Below are positions 60,604 to 64,000 of a DNA stretch of 64,000 nt, piece by piece. Source of the stretch: Moniliella sp. 'wahieum' (Eukaryota); assembly GCA_003971905.1 (NCBI GenBank), contig RSEE01000082.1:186001-250000 (forward strand), in the 5' to 3' direction. The notes under the pieces are model-generated. The model did no database searches, was not told the DNA's origin, and saw nothing but the letters and a program-made list of their open reading frames with translations. Position 1 is the stretch's first letter; every line of letters starts with the position of its first letter. The position numbers and the translations under genes were made by a program.

Positions 60604-61410
60604 TCATTCATCTGCCGGGGGGGCCTCTTCATCGAGGTACCGAATTAACCGCACACGAAGCTCCGTCGTAGCATCACCACGCAAAACGTCAGAGATGAAC
60701 TTGGCTTCCACCTGCATGTTAAGCTGGTGACATTGGGTCAGTCGACGTGCGTTCTTCGTGCGTTCTTCGCTATCAAGCAAGGAGGGGTACGTACCATTTC
60801 CAAAGATCCGCGAATGACGCCAACAAGCACGTTGGAGAACCAGAGACCACTTCTACTGCCTCGGGGGGCAACTCGGCCAATTCGGCAAGAGGATTGTCGT
60901 CCAAAGTCAGGGTGAACTGGTCGGTGCTTTGGGCCGAGGCCGAGGACGCAGCGGGCTCGCCGGCGGCTAGGGAAGCGTGGGACGCATCCTCAGCGCCTTC
61001 GGGCGTGCCGGACAGACGTTCGGTGGACTGAGAGTGGGCAACGGCCGGGACAATGTTGAGGTACATCTTGAAAGCCACCTTGGCAATCACGTCGCCTGTC
61101 TCGCGAAAGTCGGAGCACCGTGCACCGGACCAACTAGGGACAGACGAGGAGGCGCTTCCTGGTGCGCCGGGAGCGCCAGATCCCGACACGGCCAGGCTGC
61201 TGCGGGCGAGAAAGTCTTCGACAAGACGGACGCCGATGTTGTACCCCATCTTGTCCAGCTGGGTGTTGACTTGGCCGTAGTCTTCGTAGTCGCGGATCAG
61301 CTGGGCGACGAGCGCGCCATAGGTGAGGGTGAAGAGCTCGACATTGATCTTCTCGGTCCTGTCTTCCAGATGTCCTCGCCGGCGGCACGGAGCGCCTTGC
61401 TGCTGGACAT
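60604..61410 (-). CDS. BET3: TRAPP complex subunit Bet3 (TRAPPC3); intron 60724-60794; two consensus frameshifts
   Basis: MSSSKALRAAGEDIWK..EKINVELFTLTYGALVAQLIRDYEDYGQVNTQLDKMGYNIGVRLVEDFLARS..RCSDFRET..IAKVAFKMYLNI..LDDNPLAE..WFSNVLVGVIRGSLEM|LNMQVEAKFISDVLRGDATTELRVRLIRYLDEEAPPADE*. Confidence 0.96.
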
Positions 61411-61785
61411 GGCGATGGTGGGGTTGGCTTGGCCGCCCTTTCGCCCCGCCGCTTCCATCCAGCCGCCGCGCCCTCCAGCCTGCCCCGGGCGCTGAGGTAA
61501 GCGTGCCCCGCACGCCCCGTGGCCGAACGCACGGTTGAAACATTTCACCCCCGCCCTCGCTGCGGCCGCAAACGAAGGGAGGATCGGCCGTGTCACATGT
61601 CACCCTCTGATCCACACCCGCGACAAAAGCCATACGAGCCTCCCATCTGGAAAGTCATTCGCATCATCTTCAACAGGTACGCAAGTCCGCGAGGTGGGAC
61701 CCGCAGACGCAGAAAAGCGAGACACAAGGAGAGAAGGGAGAAAGACTGAGGTCCGCGACTAGTACTAATACACATTTTTAAGCCC

Positions 61786-64000
61786 TCACTTATCAGACGC
61801 CGGGGGTGGCAAGTCCATATCCGAGCGCAAGGCTTGACACCAAGCCTTCGAGCAAATGGATCTGCTGGTCAGCCTGATGTAAGTACTCTTGGGGTGAGTA
61901 AATGTCCAGAGCAAGGTCTCGTTGCATTCCCAGCAGGGCCATCCGCACCGACTTGAGCTCCAAAGCAGTGGGCCCCTGTTTGTTCTGTTCTTCCTGTGGT
62001 GATCCCTGTTTTCGTTCTGGCTCCTGCATGACTTCAACGCCCCCAAGGGGCCCATGACGCTTCCAATCGACGGGTTGTGCATCGGCCCCTTCTCAGTCCC
62101 TGCAGTCATGTTGAACGAGGCGTCCGACAGAGGGGACGATGAGGATGACTGATGCGTAGGAGCAGTCCCAACCGTAACACAGTCCTCCTGACGCGAGGTG
62201 GGAGTGCCTGTCGTCTTGAGAAAAGAAGGATGGGGATGAGAATGAAGTTGAAGCAACAAGCTGACCTCAGATTCATCTGCGTCGTGTCGGAGGACTGCGG
62301 AACGGGGAGGCGGAGGCCCTCAAATCCAGAAGGGGAGCTACGTTCGTGGACGCGAAAGAAGGAGGAGGAAGCTGAATTTGAATGAGCCCTATCGGACCCA
62401 ATGGGGGGTAAGTTCTTGTGCAGAGCAAAGGAACGAGCTTGGAGGGAACGATGGAGCAGCTCAGCAGGAGTGGAGGAACCCAAGGACAAGTGAGGATGTT
62501 GGTGACCCTCGGCTTTGCTCAAGTGCGCAGCAACCGCTTGCTCCACGATCGATTGCCAATCATCAGCGCCATACGCTTCCGCCAGTGCGTACCCCGCGTC
62601 GTCCAAAGACGTTTGCAACAACCCAATTTCGATCATTAGGCGCTCGTTGTCCTTTTGCGTGGCAGCCAAGATGCGCTCTTGGTTGCAAAACTCGTCCTCG
62701 GCCACATCCAGTGCTTCTTGGTTGCGACGTTGCTCTTCTTGTAACAACAAGAGATGCATACGCTCGGTTTCCTGTAGTTCGGTCTGAAATGCTTGCTCCC
62801 TCGCTTGGACCAGCTAGGCAAAGGGGAGAGCGTTAGGACTCTCACACTTCATGCCCCGAGAATCCTCAAGCGACAACGTTACCTGTATGGCTTTCTTGTA
62901 GTCATTGGTATGCGCACGTTTCTGATCTTTGAGGGCTTGGATGAGGCGCCGAACGAGGTCCGAGTCCGTCTTTCTTTCCACCTCCAACTCTTCCCACCAC
63001 GACGGCCGGTCGAGGTCGTTCAGTGTGTCGAGTGCAGATGGAAGAGGAGAGGCAAACAGGCTATTGCTGCGTCCTCGCCCACGGCGCAGAGCCGTACCTA
63101 TCACGGCGCCTGCCCCGCCCAGGGCGGGCTTGGGGTGGTGAGGGAAAAAGATACGGGGCTTGATGGGACTGGCGGGGCTGCGCTCGGAACGAGGGACAGC
63201 GGTGAAGAGCATGGAGGAGCGCTGATGCATGCGGGACCGGATGGCGCGTGCAGGTGTCGCGGTGCGCGCAAGGGACGTGGCGGCGGGCTGTGCTGGAGTC
63301 ATAGTGGCGGGGAGGGGTGTCAGCGGAGAGTCGGGAGGTGGTGGGACGGGGCCAGGGGCCAGAGGTCAGGGGCCAGGATCGAGCGACGGACAAGCGAGGA
63401 CGTCCAATCATTAATCAAACCACTCGGACGCGCGCGTTCAACGCAACGTTGGGCGCTGGTCTTGGGCCGCGTGGGCTGCGCTAAGGCGCACGTGACCCAA
63501 GCGAATATCCTAGCTGGTTGCCATCGACTCTTCCTATTGGGCTAATACGGGCACTGCGCTTCGCCTACAGATTCGCTTCATGTATCGTGCATCTCCTGTT
63601 CCACGTCCAGCCCCTGCTCCTCTACCGGCCCCCTAATACAGCTCACAAAGCAGATGATGGTGCCCCGTCAGAAGCTTTTCTATGGGTATACATAATGGCG
63701 TGCTGCGTGGCCCCCGAGGCCGGAGGGGGTTATTGGAACCTGAGCATTGGTGCAAACAAGCACCTGTCGTCGGGATGGAAGATCCGAATCGGTGCGGACT
63801 GTCGAGCGACGGGGTGGCTCGCGCTTCTGCCCAACGTCCCTTTGGCCCTCTTCAGGCCTAGGTGCATCCCGATGTTTTCTCTTCAGTCGTTGCTTCTGCA
63901 TTCAGGCCTAGCGTGGCAACTGTGTGACAGTTATGATAGGTATCTCCCTATAGGTGTCGCTGGTTGACTGCGAGGCCACCACTGGTGCGATTATATCACA
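61786..64000 (-). CDS. Hypothetical coiled-coil protein; 5' end probably beyond the window
   Basis: Ser/Pro-rich ORFs followed by heptad-like segments (SDLVRRLIQALKDQKR; QEEQRRNQEALDVAEDEFCNQERILAATQKDNERLMIEIGLLQTSLDD); GTGAGA donor near 62845. Confidence 0.55.

Overview
This is GC-rich fungal nuclear DNA with short GT-AG introns (GTACGT/GTATGT donors, GCTAAC/GCTGAC branch points). The gene content and style suggest a basidiomycete, probably Ustilaginomycotina-like (inference). Recognisable genes, in order: KCS1-type inositol polyphosphate kinase, a small Leu/Gly-rich repeat protein, CDC14, a secreted CxxS thioredoxin, a VWA8-like AAA+/VWA protein, an Fe(II)/2OG dioxygenase, a DUF4097-like protein, two diverged tandem paralogs, RPS21, a degenerate NAD kinase homolog, RPS4, INO80, KGD1, an Nrg1-like C2H2 factor behind about 7.5 kb of non-coding DNA with LTR-like relics, BET3, and a partial coiled-coil gene. 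Nearly every long gene, including essential ones, is broken by 1-2 nt deletions. This points to an unpolished long-read consensus, so gene ends are approximate. The most notable observations are: (1) a non-coding pattern of 7-bp tandem arrays built from many different A-NNNN-T palindromes joined by T-N-A, often at junctions between unrelated sequences; (2) an NAD-kinase-fold gene lacking all three catalytic motifs; (3) a tRNA-like Pol III cassette (A-box-like, B-box, T7) upstream of INO80; (4) two related LTR-like relics. All calls come from reading the sequence; no searches were run.
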